NCBI GenBank assembly: GCA_030390025.1
Contig: CM059431.1
Span: 149,112,001 to 149,176,000 of the forward strand
Origin: Squalus acanthias
Taxonomy: Eukaryota
Direction of reading: 5' to 3'
DNA length: 64,000 nucleotides
Positions 23,701 through 36,877 of the stretch are shown one piece after another; within the stretch, counting starts at the first letter, position 1; every line of letters begins with the position of its first letter. Position numbers and translations under genes: made by a program. A model generated the notes under the pieces. The model did no database searches and had not been told where the DNA came from. It saw only the letters and a list, made by a program, of their open reading frames with translations.

Positions 23701-23990
23701 ATCCCCACCGACAGAAGGGAATCCCTGGCCCAACACCGCACAGATTGCAGGAGAAGCATCCGGGAAGGCGCCGAACCCCTCAAATCTCTTCGGCGGGAGC
23801 AAGCGGAAGCCAAGCACTCACAGTGAAATGAGCGCACCTCAATCCAAGCACCCCAACCACCCGCCCCTTCAAGCACCGTCTGCCCAACCTGTGACAGAGA
23901 CTGTAGGTTCCGCATTGGTCTCATCAGTTACCTGATAACTCATTTTTAGTGTGGAATCAAGTCAAACTCGATTCGAGGGACTACCTAAGA
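20720..23990 (+). mobile_element. RTE-clade LINE, near full length, degenerate
   Basis: MKFRTWNLRTLMD endonuclease start; ILPESQCGFRPLRG, FFDLKNAFDIVNRE, LQYADD; C-terminal CPTCDRDCRFRIGL; many stops and frameshifts. Confidence 0.92.
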
Positions 23991-24089
23991 GATAATAGAG
24001 TCTAGCATTTTCCCTACTGCTGATATAAGGCTAACTGATCTGTAGTTCCACGTTTTCTCTATCCCTCCTTTCTTAAATAGTGGGGTTAC

Positions 24090-24870
24090 ATTTCCTCTCT
24101 CTCTCTCGGACCCAGGGGTCGATTGACAATGATCAGTATCAGGAACCCTGGCTAATTTCCCCTCTCACTAAACTAGGGGTCCCTGGACAGGGCTCAGGAG
24201 CAGGAACTCTGGCTCAACCCCAGTCTTTCAAACCCAGGGCACACTGGAAAGTGACCAGGAGCAGGAACACTGGCTCAGTCCCACCCTCCCAAACCCAGGC
24301 GTCACTGGAAATTGATCAGGAGCAAGAAGCCTGGCTAATTTCAACTTTCAATAAACCAGGGCCCAGTGGACAGTGATCAGTTTCAGGAACCCTGGCTGAT
24401 TTCGCCTCTCTATCTACCAGTTGTCACTGGACAGTGATTAGGAGCAAGAACCCTGGCGGAATTCCACTCTCTATAAACCAGGGCTCACTTGACAATGATC
24501 AGGCGCAGGAACCATGGCTTGTTTCACCTCTATCTCAACCATGGGTCACTGGACAGTGATCAGGCGCAGGATCCATGGCTTGTTTCACCTCTATCTAAAC
24601 CAGGGCTCACTGGACAGTGATCAGGCGCAGGATACCATGGCTTGTTTCACCTCTATCTAAACCATGGGTCACTGGACAATAATCAGACGCAGGAACCATG
24701 GCTTGTTGCACCTCTATCTAAACCAGGGCTCACTGGACAATGATCAGTCGCAGGAACCATGGCTTGTTTCACCTCTACCTAAACCAGGGCTCACTGGCCA
24801 ATGATCAGGCGCAGGAACCATGGCTTGTTTCACCTCTATCTAAACCATGGGTCACTGGACAGTGATCAGA
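24090..24870. repeat. ~61-bp minisatellite (CACTGGACAGTGATCAGGCGCAGGAACCATGGCTTGTTTCACCTCTATCTAAACCAGGGCT)
   Basis: 61-bp period at 24547/24608; about 12 copies. Confidence 0.9.
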
Positions 24871-25289
24871 TGGGTTTTTATAACAATCCGGTAGTTCCAT
24901 GGTCACCGTTACTGCTACCAGCTTTTTATTCCAGATGTATATAATTAACGGCGCGGCTCCGTGAGATGTTGTGATGAGAACGGAGCTACATCTCCCAGCA
25001 TGCCCAGCGAGTTGGGCACCTCCACATAGTCCAGGAAGCCGGCTCCTGCGTCACTATTTAAAGGGATCCTCACCAATATCTCGCCCCTGACAGGGATTTG
25101 CAGTTTGAGTGGCTGTGTGCTATTTCCTGCCACTGCAAGAGCATTCTTTAGTTATTTCACGTTTATTTAGTATTGTGAGTATTCTGGAAAGTAAAAAACT
25201 CCCTCATTATTTTTGAGGCGCTTCAAACTATAACACCTGCTGTAAGTCAAGGGAACTGTACTGGCAGTCGAACTCGCCCTCCAGCAAAA

Positions 25290-26402
25290 ACAGTGGAGGG
25301 AGCGGAGGCAGCGAGAAAGACGGGACCATGTGCGCAGAGGGAGGAAGAAGAGGGCCATCAGGTCTCTCAGCAGGAGGGCTTACCCTCCTCGGGTCTTCCG
25401 ACATCAGTGCAACTACCTTAAATTAAGTGAGGAGCAGTGTATTCGGAGGCTTCGTTTCACCAAGGAGGTGATCACAGAACTCTGCCCCCCTCCTGAAACC
25501 AGACCACCATTATCAGTCCAGAAAAACCGCAGCTCTCCCAGTGTCTGTCAAGGTCACCGTGGCCCTCAATTTCTTGGCCAGAGGATGCTTCCAGTCTGCA
25601 GCAGGAGAAGTAGCTAACATCGCACAGTTCGCCGTCCATCGCTGCATCCTGGATGTCACTGAGTCTCTCTACACCAGGAGAAGGGACTAAATTGGCAACC
25701 TCATTACCAGAGAGAAGCGGTACGAGTTTGCCTGTGGCTTTGCCAGGATAGCGGGCTTCACCAAGGTGAAGGGCGCCATCGACTGCAGCCACGTGGCTTT
25801 GCGGGCACCGCATAACAATCCTGAGTATTTCCGTAACTGGAAAGTGCGACCACACACCGTGAATCCTCTATATCAATGCCCGCTATCCTGGTCGCAGCCA
25901 TTTTTCCTTCATCCTGCGCAAGGCCGGTGTGGCAACACTCTTCCAGCCACCACGTCAAGCTCGAGGGTGGCTGCTCGGAGACAAGGGCTAGCCGCTCTCC
26001 ACCCAGCATATGACTCCCCTCATCAAATCCAACATTCATACTAAGCACTCATATAATGGGAGACGTACTGCCACCAGCAACATCATCGAGCATTCCATCG
26101 GCTTATTGAAGCAACGGTTCTGCTGCCTTTGCAGCTCGGGAGGAGCCCTCCAGTACTCCGCTGAGCGGGTGTCCCATTTCGTTGTTGTCTGCTACATGCT
26201 TCACAACTTGGTATTCTTGACGGCGCAGCCTTTGCCGGCATGGATTGCGGAAACTCGTCAGGAGGAGAACGAGGGAGAAGAGGAAAGGAGGACGAGGAGG
26301 AGAAGGAAGTGGAGCAGGAGGGAGGGTGGAGGCAGTGAGACAATTGGTCTTTTGGATGGGCCGTCCGTGACCAGCTCATCAGACTCCGATTCACATAAAT
26401 GA
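25290..26402 (+). pseudogene. PIF/Harbinger transposase (HARBI1-like), degenerate
   Basis: QCIRRLRFTKEVITELC; KGAIDCSHVALRAP; GWLLGDKG; IIEHSIGLLKQRFCCL...LQYSAERVSHFVVVCYMLHNL; acidic tail; frameshifts. Confidence 0.9.
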
Positions 26403-26589
26403 AACCCCAGATCCCCGTATTTCACCACATCCCCATCATACAATCCCTTTCTCATGGCGGATCATAGCGTCCTCCTGGGCGCAAGGGTGAAATGATAGAA
26501 ACCACAAAAGATTCCAAGCCCAATTAATAAATGTATCCATAAATATATCACAAATACTTACATAAACACTATTACATAAATACAATAAC

Positions 26590-26925
26590 GAATCACCCTT
26601 GCACAATCCCTTAGTGCCTGTCGTTCGTGTGCATTTTCCGACTCTGGTGCTCCTACGCAGTGCTACCCCAGTGGCTGAAGCACGGCTGTTGGAAGGCTGC
26701 TGAGTTACCATGCTGGAGACTTCAGATGGCATTGCAGGACGACCTCGAGCAGCTGTGGACCTACAAGGCCCGGCTGTAGACTGCACCACCTCGGTATGGG
26801 CGACGGCACTCTGGGCTGGCTGGCTGATGGGCAAGGGCAAGGGCAAGGGCGGCTTGGCAGAGATGGGAGCAGGAATGCACTCAGCCTGAGAGATGACAGC
26901 AGGTTCCTGCTACACTGACCCACTC
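26590..26925 (-). pseudogene. Probable 3' end of the Harbinger second (Myb/SANT-type) gene
   Basis: Convergent to the transposase; P/S/A-rich with terminal LRRSTR, as expected for Harbinger ORF2 ends; the SANT domain itself is not seen. Confidence 0.45.
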
Positions 26926-26959
26926 CTGTTCCAATTTCTTATGTTCTTAAGTTCATATA

Positions 26960-29030
26960 ACTCAGAAGTAGGAGAAAAAAGTGATAGAGTGAGAGTTAGA
27001 GAGACATAGAGCGAGGAACAGAGAGAGAGATAGACAGAGAGGGACAGCTAGAGATATTATGGAAAGCGAGAGAGACAAAGAGAGAAACATCCAGTGAGAG
27101 ACAGAGAAAGCGATACAAAAAGACACAGAGAGATCTAAAGGCAGAGAGAGAGTCAGAGAGGAGTGAGAGAGAGAGAGAGACAGACAAAGATAGATAGAGA
27201 TATAGAGGGAGGGAATGAAGCAGACATGCAGAGAATGGGATAGTAGAAAGTGATGGAGAGAGACAGAGACATAGAGACAATGACACAGAAAGACAGAGAA
27301 AAGCAAAGAGATAGACAGGAACAGAGACGAGGAGAGAGAGAGGGAGAGAGAAAGGGAGATAGGGAGAGGAGAGATAGACCGAGAGAGATTTGGAGAGACT
27401 TTAAAAAGGAGCGACAGGTTGTGAGAGACAGAGAAAGTGAAGTTGAAGCAGAGGGGATGCGATAGCGGGAGGCAGAGACATAAATAGCGATACATATTGT
27501 GAGAGGGAAAGTCAGAGCACTGGAGAGAGAGATGGAGTGACAGTGTGAGTGACAGCGACAAAGTTGGAGAGAGAGAGAGAGAGAGAGGGAGAGAGAGGCA
27601 AAGTAAAGACAGAGTGACAGAGAGAGGGGGAGAGAAGTAGATGGACAGATGGACAGAGTGAGACACAAAGTGAGACACAGAGTGAGACGCAGAGTGAGAC
27701 ACAGTGTGAGAACAAAGTGAGACACAGAGATACATAAAGTGAGACACAAAGTGAGACACAGAGTGAGACGCAGAGTGAGACACAGAGTGAGACACAGAGT
27801 GAGACACAGAGAGACACAGAGTGAGACACAGAGTGAGACGCAGAGTGAGACACAGTGTGAGACACAGAGAGACACAGAGTGAGACACAGAGTGAGACGCA
27901 GAATGAGACACTAAGTGAGACACAGAGTGAGACGCAGAGTGAGAAACAGAGAGATACAGAGTGAGTCATAGAGTGAGACAAATATTTAGACGCAGAGTGA
28001 GACACAGAGCGAGATGCAGAGTGAGACGCAGAGTGAGAGGCAGAGTGAGACACATAGTGAGACAGAGAGTGAGACACAGAGAGACACAGAGTGAGACACA
28101 GAGAGAGACATAGAGAGACACAGACAGAGACACAGAGTGAGACACACAGAGACACAGAGCGAGACACAGAGTGAGACACACAGAGACACAGTGAGACACA
28201 GAGTGACAAAGAGTGAGACACAGACACATAGAAGGGCAGAGAGAGAGAGACAGAGGAAGTGAAACAGAGGGAGCTAGAGAGACAGAGGGGGTAAAGTGGG
28301 AAAGACCGAGAGACCGAGAGAGAGAGACAGGAGAGAGTCTGAGCTACAGAGTCAGAAAGAGAGAGTGAGGGAAAGAGAGACAGACAGAAGAGGAATGCGA
28401 GAGAGAAGAGGAGAGACAGAGAGAATAGAAGACGATAGATATAGAGAGGGAGAGGGAGAGACCGGGATAGATTGAAAGAGACAAAGAGCGAGACAGGGAG
28501 AGCGGGATGCATAGAGACAGAGAGAGAAAGGGATATGGGAGGCAGAGACAAACAGAGGCTGGGAGAAACGGAGAGAGAGAGAGAGAGAGAAAATGAGAAA
28601 AGGGGGAGAGAGAGACAGATACACACAGAGTGATCAAATGAAAGGGGGAGACTGAGAGCCAGATAGAGAGAGAGAGAGCGAGGGAGACACAGAGAGAGAC
28701 GGAAAAGAGCAGAGAGAGCGTCGCAAAATGTGGAGAGAAACAGAGTGGAGTTCTGAAAACAACATTGACAGATTGAGAAAGATCGTGAGAAAACGAGAGA
28801 AAGATAGAAAGAGCAACGCTGTGAGATATTCAGGGACAGAGGGAGTGACTAAGTGACATTCAGAGAGGAAGAGGCAGATAGAAGGAGGGAGACAGAGGAC
28901 GAGAGGGAAAGAAGGACCTGCAGAGTGCGAGACAGAGAGAGAGGGTGTGACAGAGATAATGGGGAGATCGATGATAGCAGACAAACACGGAGTGAGATGC
29001 AGATTATAGACAGAGAGAGATGTGTTTCCC
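26960..29030. repeat. GA-rich low-complexity tract with a (GAGTGAGACACA)n 12-bp core
   Basis: Direct inspection; core at ~27650-28230. Confidence 0.95.
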
Positions 29031-29699
29031 TCTTGGTTCTGTAAAATTATGTGTGATGTGATCCCTTTGAGCTCTTAATGATCATTTGACAGAATGTGCT
29101 TTATTACTGGGAGTGATCCCAGATTTTTTATCTTCAAAAATGGCAGAGAACTGAACTGTTGCCAGCTACCAAAATCTACTTGTTGGAAGCACAGTAGAGT
29201 TATTCCAGGAAGAAAGTGGATTAATTTAAATACGCTGGGACGACGGAAGCAGGAATTTATATCTCGACACTGATCTGACAGAGAGACTGGATCAGAGCAT
29301 CCCAGGGAGGGGCATCACTGAGAGTGTGGGGAGGCAGTGATCATTGGGAAATGCCCAGGGTCCATTCCCAGCCTGTGTTGAGTCAGCCGTATCTCACACC
29401 TGATGTGGTACTGAGCTCCCCCAATACACACACACAGAGCAGGAGAGACCCAGGCTTCATACACGGCAATTGGTGAGTGAGCCGATCTCACACACGCTGC
29501 GGTACTGAGCTCCCACAACAAACACACACAGAGCAGGAGAGGCAAGGCTTCATCCCCGGCAATTGCTGAGAAGCTGTTTTCACACCCGCTGTGGTACTGA
29601 TCCCCACACACGCACACAAATACTGAATGGGACCTTTTAGATGGAGATTTGCTCTACATCTCACAAATGCTGTATCTGCCATGAGCGACATTGAGGGGA

Positions 29700-30150
29700 A
29701 GTGCAGAGGGAGTTTTACTCTGTATCTAACCTCGCGCGTTTCCTGCCCTGGGAGTGTTTGATGGGACAGTGTAAAGTGAGTTTTACTCTGTATCTAACCC
29801 GTGCTGTATCTGCCCTGGATGTGTTTGATGGGACAATGTATAGTGACTTTTACTCTGTATCTAACCTGGGCTGTACCTGACCTGGATGTGTTAGATGGGA
29901 CAGTGGAGAGGGAGCTTTACTCTGTATCTAACCCGGGCTGTACCTGCGCGGGGTGTGTTAGATGGGAAAGTGCAGAGGGAGCTTTACTCTTTATCTAACC
30001 CGTGCTGTACCTGCACTGGGAGTGTTTGATGGGACTGTGCAGAGGGAACTTTACTCTGTATCTAACCCCGTGCTGTACCTGCCCTGGGATTATTAGATGG
30101 GACAGTGTAGAGGGAGCTTTACACTGCATCTAAACCCGTGCTATACCTTC
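29700..30150. repeat. ~67-bp minisatellite (GTGCTGTACCTGCCCTGGGAGTGTTTGATGGGACAGTGTAGAGGGAGCTTTACTCTGTATCTAACCC)
   Basis: 67-bp period at 29761/29828. Confidence 0.9.
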
Positions 30151-30599
30151 CAGTGTAGCAGTTTAAACTAAGATGAATGTCATTCCCCACTCTTCACATT
30201 CCTGAGCATTAATCTGAGACAGTGTTTCTGTTGGTCAGTCCTGTTATTACAAAAATCCTTCTGTTCACCCTGTAAGGTTATGTTTCTCGCTGTGGTCCGG
30301 GTTCCTCGGTCAGTTCATTGATTGGTCACTGCTGAGTGTTGCAGTTTATACGGTTCAGGCGTCGCGTTCAGTGTCCATCGTGATTTCCGCTTCTGAAAAA
30401 AAAAATCATCTCTGCCCCTGCCTGAGCTCATCTTCTGCTGGCCATCTCATCCTCGTCTTCGTTACCTCAAGACACGATATCCTGAGAACAAATAGATATA
30501 AATAATGTAATCGGAATACAATCAATGATTTTTAATTCACTGATTAAAACCGGCACGGCCTGTGATTTGAGCGGTGTGTCATGCTCCTCTAAACAAATT

Positions 30600-30900
30600 A
30601 CATAGAATGTACAGCACAGAAACAGGCCATTAGCCCAACTGCTCCATGCCGGTGCTGATGCTCCACACGAACCTCCTCCCACCCCTTTTAATCTTACACT
30701 ATCAGCATAACCTTCTATTCCTTTCTCCTTCATGTGTTTTTCACGCTTCCCCTTAAATGGATCAATGCCATTTACTTCAAACAATCTCTCTGTGGTAGCG
30801 AGTTCCACATTCTCACCTCTCACTGGGTAAAAAGGTTTCTCCTGAAATGCTTATTGTATTTATTGGTGACTATCTTATATTCATGGCCCCTATTTTTGAT
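30600..30900 (-). mobile_element. CR1 3' end
   Basis: catagaatgtacagcacagaaacaggcc tail; KEKGIEGYAD. Confidence 0.8.
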
Positions 30901-31089
30901 CACATTATTATTTCATAATTTCAGTTTTTTTAAACTCTATTTTGAATTTGTCAACACACCTTGCCGCACCATCACGTTGTGTTTGGTTTTCCGCTGTCGA
31001 CTTTATCAGAGTATAAGTAACGATTAGAATCTGTCTCAAAAACTGCAGGACTCCGATTCTACACATGAGACAAAGTCTCAATGGAATCT

Positions 31090-31880
31090 GTTATCATAGA
31101 ATCACAGAATCATACAGCGCAGAAGGAGGCCATTCAGTCCATCGAGCCTGTGCCGGCTCTTTGAAAGAGCTTTTCAATTAATGCCCCTCCCCTGTTCTTT
31201 TCCCATAGTCCTGCAAATCCCTCACTTCCAGTATTGATCCCGTTCCCTTTTCGAAGTTATTATTGAATCTGCTTCTTGACCTTTTCAGGCAGTGCATTCC
31301 CGATCATAACAACTCGCTGCATAGATCAAATTCTCCTCATCATCCCTTTGGTTATTTTCCCAATTATCTTGTATCTGTGTCTTCTGGTTACCGAACCTTC
31401 TGGCAGTAGAAATATTTCCTCCTGCTTTACGCTATCAAACCCGTCATAATTTTGAACATCTCCAGTATATCTCCCTTTTATATTGCGTGCTCTCTGGAGT
31501 ACAATTCCAGCTTCTGTTGTCTCTTCGCATAAATTAAGTCCCACATCCTTGGTATCACTGTAGCAAATCTCCTCTGTTTATCACTCCAAGTCCTTGACAT
31601 CCTTCCTAAAGTGTACAGCCAAGAATTGGACACAATACTCCAGCCGGGGCCCAACCAGTGATTTATAAAGCTTCAGCTTAACTTCCTGGCTCTTGTACTC
31701 TGTCTCTTTTAACAACCTTTTGAAATTGTCCTGCCATCTTCAAAGGCTTGTGTACATAAACTCCCAGGTGTCTCTTTTCCTGCACCCACTTTAAAATTGT
31801 ACAGTTTAGTTTACATTGCCTCTCCTCAGTTTCCTCCCAGATTTATCCTTCACACATCTCTGCATTAAATTGCAACAGCC
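31090..31880 (-). mobile_element. CR1 3' fragment
   Basis: (CATAGAAT)-like tail at ~31095; degenerate RT C-terminus. Confidence 0.8.
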
Positions 31881-33115
31881 TTTTTTTCATTTTTATTAAT
31901 TCATGTGATGTGCCATGGCTGGCACGGACAGCAATTAATGTCCATCCCTAATTGCCCTTGTGAAATTGGAGTTGAGCCGCCTTCTGGAACAGCTGCAGTC
32001 CGTGGATCGTCGTTTCTCCCACAGTACTCTTACGAAGGGAGATGCAGGATTTTGACCCAGCGACGATGAAGGAACGGCGATATACTCCTAAACTAGGAAA
32101 TCGTGTGATTTGGAAGGGAACTTGGAGATGCTGATGTTTCCATGCGCCTACTGCGCTTGTCCTTCTCGGTGGTAGAGGTCGCGAGTTTGAGAGGTGCTGT
32201 CGAAGAAGCCTTGGCGAGCTGGTGCATTGTATCTTGAAGATGTGACACACTGCAGCCACGGTGCACCATCGGTGGAGGCAGTTAAGGTTTAAAGTTATTG
32301 ACCTGGTGCCATTCAAGCGGGTAGTTTTGAATTCGATGATGTCGAGCAACTTGAGTATTGTTGGAGCTGCACTCATCCAGACAAGTGGGGAGTATTCCAT
32401 CACACTCCTGAGTTGTGCCTTGTAGATGGTGGAAAGGCTTTGGGGTGTCAGGAGGTGAGACAATCGCCGAAAAATATCCAGGCTCTGACCTGCTCTTGTA
32501 GCCACAATTTTTACGTGGCTGGTCCCGGTCCAGTTAAGTTTCTGGTGAATGTTGACCCTCAGGATATTGATGGTGATGGATTTGGCGATAATAAGGCCAT
32601 TGAATGTCACGGGGAGGTGAGAATTGTTGGAGACCGTCATTGCCTGGCACTTGTGTGATTCGAGTGCTACTTACCTCTTACAGCGCAACCCTGAAAGTCG
32701 TCCAGGTCTTGTTGCATGCGGCACCGTCTGATTCATTATCTGAGGAGTTGCGAATGGAAGTGAAAACAGCAATCGTAAGCGAACATCTGCATTTCTGACC
32801 TTATGTTGGAGGGAAGTTCATTGATGAAGCAGCCATCTTCCTTTGCGCAGGGTATTACTCCAGCCAATGGAGAGTCTTCCGCCTCATTCCCAATTACTTC
32901 AATTTTACGAAGGCTCATTGATGCCACACTTGGTCAAATGCTGCCTTGATGTCGAGGGCAGTCACTCTCAACTCATCTCTCGAATTCAGCTATTTGTCCA
33001 TTTTTCGACGAAGGCTGTAATGAAGTCTGGAGCACATTGCCTCTGTCTCAAGCCAAACTGAGCGTTAGTGAGTAGGATTTTATGTTTAGGTATCACTTCA
33101 TAACACTGTCTGCCA
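31880..33115 (-). mobile_element. CR1-clade LINE (second family) RT 3' part
   Basis: LSTIYKAQLRSVMEYSPLVW; MFAYDC (FADD-like). Confidence 0.85.
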
Positions 33116-34597
33116 CTCAGAAAAAGACTTGTTTATTCCAACACTTTGCTTCCTGTCTGCCTACCAGTTTTCTATCCAAGTTAGTACGTTACCCCCAATC
33201 CCAAGTGCTTTAACTTTGCACGCTAATCTCTTATGCAGGACCTTATCGAAAGCCTTCTGAAAGTCCAAATACACCACATCCACTGGTTCTCCCTTATCTA
33301 TTGTACCAGTTACATCCTCAAAAAATTCCAGTAGTTTAGCCAAGCATGATTTATCTTTTTTAAATCCATGTTGACTTTGTCCGATCCTGTCATTTTTTTT
33401 CAAGTGATCTGCTGTTACATCTTTTATAATGGACTCCAGCATTTTCCCCACTGCCGATGTCATGCTTACCGAACTATAATTCCCCGTTTTCACTCTACCA
33501 ACTTTTTTTAAATATTGGGGTTACATTAGCTACCCTCCAATCCATGGGAACTGTTCCAGAGTCCACAGAATTTTGGAAGATGATCAGCAATGCATCTTCT
33601 ATTTCTAGGGCCAGTTCCTTAAGTACCCTAGGAAGTAGATTATCAGGCCCTGGGGATTTATCGGCCTTCAATCCCATTAATTTCCTGAACAACATTTCCC
33701 TATAAAAACTGATTTCATTCAGTTCCTCCCTCTCATTAGACCCTATGTTCCCCGACATCACTGGGAGGGTATTTGTGTCCTCCTTTGTGAAGCCAGAACC
33801 AAAATATGTATTTAAATGTTCTTCCATTTCTTTGTCCGCATTATAAATTCCCCTGATTCTGACTACAAGGGACCTACGCTTGACATTATCAATCTTTTTC
33901 TCTTCACATATATATAGAAGCATTTACAGTCAGTTTTTATGTTTCCCACAAGCTTACTCTCATACTCTATTTTACCCGTCTTAATTAAGCCCTTTGTCCT
34001 CCTTTGCTGAATCCTAAACTGCTCCCAATACTCAGGTTTGCTGCTTTTTCTGGCCAAATTATATGTCCTCTCCTTGGATCTTATGCTATCCGTAATTACC
34101 CTTGTAGCCACAGTTCAGTCACCTTTTTGATTTATTTTAATGCCAAACAGGAATGAACAAATTCTGTAGTTCATCCATGCGATCTTTAAATGTTTGCCAT
34201 TGCCTATCCACCGACAACACTTTAGGTAACGTTCCCCAATCCATCCTAGCCAACTCACGCCTCATACCTTCGCAAGTTATTATATTTAAATTCAGGACCA
34301 TAGTATCTGAGACAACTACTTAATTCTCCATCTAAATGAAGAATTCTATCATATTATGATTGCTCCTCCCCAAGGGCCTCGCACAACAAGATTGCGAATT
34401 AATCCTTTCTCATTACATAATACCCAGTCGAAGATGGCCTGATATCTAGTTGGTTCCTCGACATATTGGTCCAGGAAACCATCCCGTATACACTCTAGGA
34501 ATTCCTCCTTCACAGTATTGTTACTAATTTGATTAGCCCAATCTAGATGCAGACTAATGTGACCCATGATCACTGCTGTGCCCTTATTGCACGCGTT
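33115..34597 (-). mobile_element. CR1 ORF2 internal fragment
   Basis: KSPGPDNLLPRVLKEL; QHGF; DVVYLDFQKAFDKV. Confidence 0.92.
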
Positions 34598-35339
34598 AGG
34601 GACCCTGTTAAAGATGGAGTCTCAACATCAGAGACCCTTTTTAAAGAGAAAGTCTTTCTATCACTGACCCTTTTAAAGAGAGAGTCTTTCTATCATTGAG
34701 TCCTTTTAAAGATGGAGTATCACCCTCGGGGACACATTTTAAAGAAAGAGTCTTTCTATCAGGTACTCCTTTTAAAGAGAAAGTATTTCTATCAAGGTCC
34801 CCTTTTAATGAGGGATTCTTTCCATTAGGGACCCCTGTTAAAGAGGGTCTCCCCATCAGGGACCCGTTTCACAGAGGGTGTTTCAGCATCAGGAACACCT
34901 TTTAAAGTGTAAATCTCAACATCAGGGTACATTTTAAAGAGGGAGTATCTCCTTCAGGGATTTTAATGATCGAGTCTCTCCACAAGCGACCCCTTTTAAA
35001 GAGCGCGTGTCTCCATCAGGGAACCATTTTAAAGTTGGAGTCTCACCACAGGGACCACTTTTAAAGATGGAGTTTTTCTATCAAGGGCCCCTTTTAAAGA
35101 GAGAGTATTTTTATCAGGGATACCTTTTAAAGAGAATATTCCTATTAGGCACACCTTTTAAAGATAGAGTCTCACCATCAGGGACCCCTTTTAAAGAGAG
35201 AGTCTCGCCAACAGGGACCCCTTTTAAACAGGGAGTCTCACCATCAGGGAACCATTTTAAATGTTGGAGTCTCACCATCAGGGACCTTTTTAAAGAGTGA
35301 GTCTTTCGATTAAGGGGCCCTTTTAAAGAGAGAGTCTGT

Positions 35340-36877
35340 TGACCATTTGTGCGGGAAGTGTATCCAGCTGCAGCTACTCGCAGACCGCATTGCGGCGCTG
35401 GAGCTGCGAATGGATGCATACTGGAGCATTCACGATGCTGAGGACATCGTGGATAGAATGCTTAGGGAGTTGGTCACACCGCAGGTAAAGGCTGTACGGG
35501 CAGGAAGGGAATGTGTGACCACCAGGCAGAGCAGTAGGCGCAGGCAGGTAGTGCAGGGGTCCCCTGTGGACATCCGCCTCTCAAACAGATATACCACTTT
35601 GGATATTGTTGAGGGAGATGGCTTATCGGGGGAAGGCAGCAGCAATCAAATTCCTGGCACCATGGGTAGTTCTGCTGCACAGGACGGGAGGAAAAAAATC
35701 GGGAGAGCTATAGTGATAGGCGATCCTAATGTAAGGGGAATAGATAGGCGTTTCTGCGGCCGCAAACCAGACTCCAGGATGGTATGTTGCCTCCCTGGTG
35801 CAAGGGTCAAGGATGTCCCGGAGCAGCTGCTGGCATTCTGGAGGGGGAGGGTGAACAGCCAGTTGTCGTGGTGCATGTAGGTACCAAATATAGGTAAAAT
35901 TCGGGATGAGGTCCTAAAAGTTGAATATAGGGAGTTAGGAGGTAAATTAAAAAATAGGACCTCAAAGGTAGAAATCTCAGGATTGCTACCGGTGCCACGT
36001 GCTAATCAGAGTAGAAATAGAAGGATATTTCAGATGAATACGTGGCTAGAGGAATGGTGAAGGGTGAGGGATTCAAATTCCTGGGATATTGGAACCGGTT
36101 CTGGGAGAGGTGGGGCCAGTACAAACTGGACGGTTTGCACCTGGGCAGGACCGGGACCGATGTCCTAGGGGAGTGTTTGTTAGTGCTGTTGGGGAGGGTT
36201 TTAACTCAAATGGCAGGGGGTTGGGAACCTGTGCAGGGAAACAGAAGAAAGGGAAGCAAGGATAGAAGCAAAAGACAGGAAGGAGAAAAGCAAAAGTGGA
36301 AGGCAGAGAAATCAAGGGTGTAAATAAAAGAGGGCTACAGTAAATAATAATTCTAAAAGGGCTGAGTGTTAAAAACAAGCATGAATGTTTTGTGACTTAA
36401 TGAGAGGAGCATTCGTCATAAGGTGGATGAATTAGCTGCACAAATAGATGTAAACGGATGTGATATAATTGGGATTAAGGAGACATGGTTCCAGGGTGAC
36501 CAAGGCTGGGAATTCAACATCCAGGTGTATCCAATATCCAGGTAGGGCAGACAAAAAGGAAAAGGAGGTGGGTAAGCATTGCTGGTAAAAGAGGAGATTA
36601 ACTCAATAATAAGGAAGGATATTAGCTCTGATGATGTGGATTCTGTATGGGTAGAGCTGAGAAATACCAAGGGGCAGAACACGTTAGTGGGAGTTGTATA
36701 CGGACCCGCAAACAGTAATGCTGAGGTTGGGGATGGCATTTAACGGGAAATTAGTGACGAGTGCAATAAGGGCACAGCAGTTATCTTAGGTAACTTGATT
36801 CTACATATAGATTGGGCTATCCAACTTAGTAACAATACTGTGGAGAAGGAATTCCTGGAGTGTACACGGGATGGTTT
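35340..36877 (+). mobile_element. CR1 5' part: ORF1 (SGNH esterase-like) and start of the ORF2 endonuclease
   Basis: CGKCIQLQLL; AIVIGD..VRGIDR; MVCCLPGARVKDV; DGLHL; then IIGIKETW, GVVYGP. Confidence 0.9.

Noticed and set aside
20720..23990. RTE element as a horizontal-transfer (BovB-like) candidate
   Set aside because: Cannot be assessed from this sequence alone; the copy is decayed and RTEs are common in fishes.
26962..28626. 554-aa minus-strand ORF rich in S/L/C/V/H
   Set aside because: Translation of GA/CT low-complexity and 12-bp repeats; not a gene.
33115..36877. Oppositely oriented CR1 pieces as a single element broken by an inversion
   Set aside because: The pieces overlap in homologous sequence (~34480-34590 vs 36765-36877) yet differ at many sites, so they look like separate copies.
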